Shown here: piece after piece, positions 61,458 through 64,000 of the stretch
Layout: each line of letters starts with the position of its first letter
How positions within the stretch are numbered: position 1 is the stretch's first letter
Assembly: GCA_017654855.1 (NCBI GenBank)
Contig: CM030337.1
Span: 434,001-498,000 of the forward strand
Direction of reading: 5' to 3'
Length of the DNA stretch: 64,000 nt
Source: Podospora anserina
Taxonomy: Eukaryota
The notes under the pieces: model-generated
The model's input: only the letters and a program-made list of their open reading frames with translations
What the model was told of the DNA's origin: nothing
The model's database searches: none
Translations under genes and position numbers: made by a program

Positions 61458-64000
61458 ATGTCCACTTTGAGTCCCGGCGATGCGGGAGCATGGCCTGCTG
61501 CCGCCAACGGTGCCTCGTCCGAGTACCCTGATGCCGGACTGAACAATGACACCGCCGCCGCCGAAGACAATGCGCCGGCCCGGCCACCGCCGAGGAAACG
61601 GAGGAGGATCGTGATCTCTTGTACCGAATGTCATAGGCGCAAGCAAAAGGTTTGTCTCAGTTCTGATGTCGCTGTTGGACAAAGGCTAATGAGTGAATGG
61701 ACAGTGTGACCGACAGCTCCCTTGCACGAACTGCATCTCACGAAACAAACATAGCGCATGCCACTACGAAACCGGTGCGCCGACAGCAAGACAACAGCAG
61801 AGACGCCAACAGCTAATTGTCCCTACGAGTGGCACCGCCGATGGCGCAGACGGTGGTGGAGGGGCCTCCAACTCGGGTTCAGGCTCCGGCTCAACAACCA
61901 CAGCCACCTCCCCTGACATGGGCAAATCCCCCATCACGTCCTCTTCATCAACGACAACCCACCACACCGGCAGCGATCTCTCCGAGCACATCGCCACCAA
62001 CGGAGGTAAACCCGTCACCAAAGTCGCGTCCGAAACCTTTGGCTACTCCGGCGCCGGCACGCTCGGTTTCCTCCGTAAAATCGAAGAGTCCACCACTGGC
62101 GACGAAAACCTGCCTCCCCCCCCCGGGCAACATACCTCGATTGACCAAACTACACCCTCCATCTCAGACGGGTTGACAAGAGAGAAGTACAAATCCTTGA
62201 TCCGGCAACTCCCTGCGAGGGTCCACATCGAGAAGCTAGTCGACATTTACTTTCGGGAGTTCAACTGGCAGTATTACGCCCTCGACAGGACTTTGTTCGA
62301 CAGCTTGCTCGCGCAATGGTACACCCTCCCCTTTTCCATCCTCAGTCAAGGCGGGCCGTCCCAAATCCCGCTATCACTGAGGCCGTTTCCGGGGTTGCTG
62401 TTCAATATTATTGCTATTGCTCTCTTGACCCTTTCGTCAGATGACAGGGAGTTCGAGGGGCTGTTGTATGCAGGGTTGAATATGACTTTTGAGGATTTGG
62501 CGAATGATTACTCTGACTCTGGGCTGCAAGTTTTGCAAGTGCTGGGCAAGAGATCAATGACGCTCACGACAGTCTTGGCTGGGTTTGCCAGGGCGAGTTT
62601 CCTCAAATATGTCGGCTTGGTGACGGAAAGCTGGCATGCGATTGGGAGTGCGATTAGAGATGCGCAGGAGATTGGGCTGCACAGGGATAGTTTGGATCCG
62701 AGGCCTCCTTCTGGGGCGACGTTGCAGGAGGTGTTGGAGGTGCAGTGGGAGGTGCAGAGACGGAGAAAGATATGGATGACGCTTGTGGTTTGGGATGTGC
62801 ACATGGCTGGCGTGCTGGGTCGGCCGACGACGATCAACCTGACGGCCGTGCCGCCGAGCTTGCCGGTTGATGTGAAGGGGGACTCGCCGGGTGCCAGCCC
62901 TTCGGGGGAGTTGATGCCGATTGTGGAGCGGGGGGAGAATGAGCCGCCTACGCCGTTGACGAGGGCGGTGTGGGCGTATCATCTTATGGCGCCGATGAGG
63001 GAGATTCTGGAGCTGGAGAAGGAAGGGCCGTGCCCGAGGGATTTTGCGAGGGTGGATAAGCTTCATGAGGAAGTTGTTTCGATTGAGAAGAAGACGCCGC
63101 CTTTTTTCAGGTTGGAGAATCCGGACACGAGGTTTGATGATAGGGAGGATTGTTACTGGTTGCCGTTGGCGAGGGTTATTTTGCCGCAGCTGTCGTCTTT
63201 TGAGCTAATGGCGTTGCACAGGCCGTATATTTTTACCAGGCCAAAGAGTCGGACGGAGGCGCTCAAGGCGAGTTTGGGGATGTTGAATGCGCAGAGGTTG
63301 CACTTCATGGCGCTGAGGCCGGCTTTGTACAAGACGTAGGTCACCCCTTATTACCCCGACTCCTGTTGCCATTTCTAACCCAACCCAGATTCGCCCTCTT
63401 CTTTGGCACCTTTGACGCCATCGTCCTCATGGCAGCAATTTACATTCTCTTCCCCCGTGAACACCCAGAGCTCGTCCAGTCCGCCCTTCAACACTTCCAG
63501 TGGGCAGTCGAGCGCTTCGAGGCAATGTCTGAGCGCAACGCTCTCGCCAAAGCAGCCCTGGGTGTCCTCCACGCTGTCCGTCTTCGCCTCCGACGCTCTC
63601 TCGATTCCGTCGCCAACAAGTCACAATCGGCCTCATCCGGCACCAGCCCTTCAACCACCACAACAGTCACCTCCAAAGCCAACCCTTTGTCCCAGTCCTC
63701 TTCCTCCACCGGCACCAACGCCGCTGCTTCCAGTGGCGGCGGCCACCACTGGGAAACCCACACCCCGCGCCGCGCCTCCCGTTCCTCATCTTCCACTGGC
63801 GCCGGTAGCGCCATCTCCCCCAACCCTCTTCAGGTCCCCCTCGGGCCCTTGGATTTCTCCCAACCGGGAAGCAGCACCTCTGTCACACCAACAACAGACC
63901 GCAACTTTTACTCTGGTGGGCAAGTAGACTGGACGCTGCCAAGTGACTTTAACTGGGCTTCCCTTCAACCTATATACCCCACACATGATTTGATCTTTAA
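61458..64000 (+). CDS. Zn(II)2Cys6 transcription factor with fungal TF middle-homology domain (3' end outside the window)
   Basis: RKRRRIVISCTECHRRKQK|CDRQLPCTNC...C across intron 61650-61704; AIRDAQEIGLHRD...RRKIW; second intron 63336-63388. Confidence 0.92.

Overview
Filamentous ascomycete genomic DNA (Sordariales, Podospora-like by inference from gene content, intron style and RIP). Conserved genes: TAF13 (partial), a 4-exon Kish/KSH1 gene missed by the ORF track, SOK1/Tcp11, VPH1, a PTC6-like PP2C, a BTB-like protein, a divergent FTR1/FET3 iron-uptake pair, PIS1, OMP decarboxylase (pyr-4/URA3) and a Zn2Cys6 transcription factor (partial). A 21.5-kb AT-rich, RIP-mutated island (16808-38303) resolves into four nested transposons with readable target-site duplications. 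The outer element is a Fot1/pogo-like DNA transposon. It is split by a solo LTR and by an 11.6-kb Gypsy element, and the solo LTR is itself split by a 7.3-kb chromoviral Gypsy element. The 7.3-kb element appears to carry an antisense Zn2Cys6-like/coiled-coil accessory gene (inferred by reversing RIP); the 11.6-kb element has about 3 kb of unexplained 3' cargo. A second Fot1-like transposon (49440-51394) sits inside a GC-AG intron of an unannotated six-exon, frameshifted gene with a coiled-coil/hydrophobic hairpin/coiled-coil layout, which is head-to-head with another orphan gene. All calls are by eye; no database search was run.
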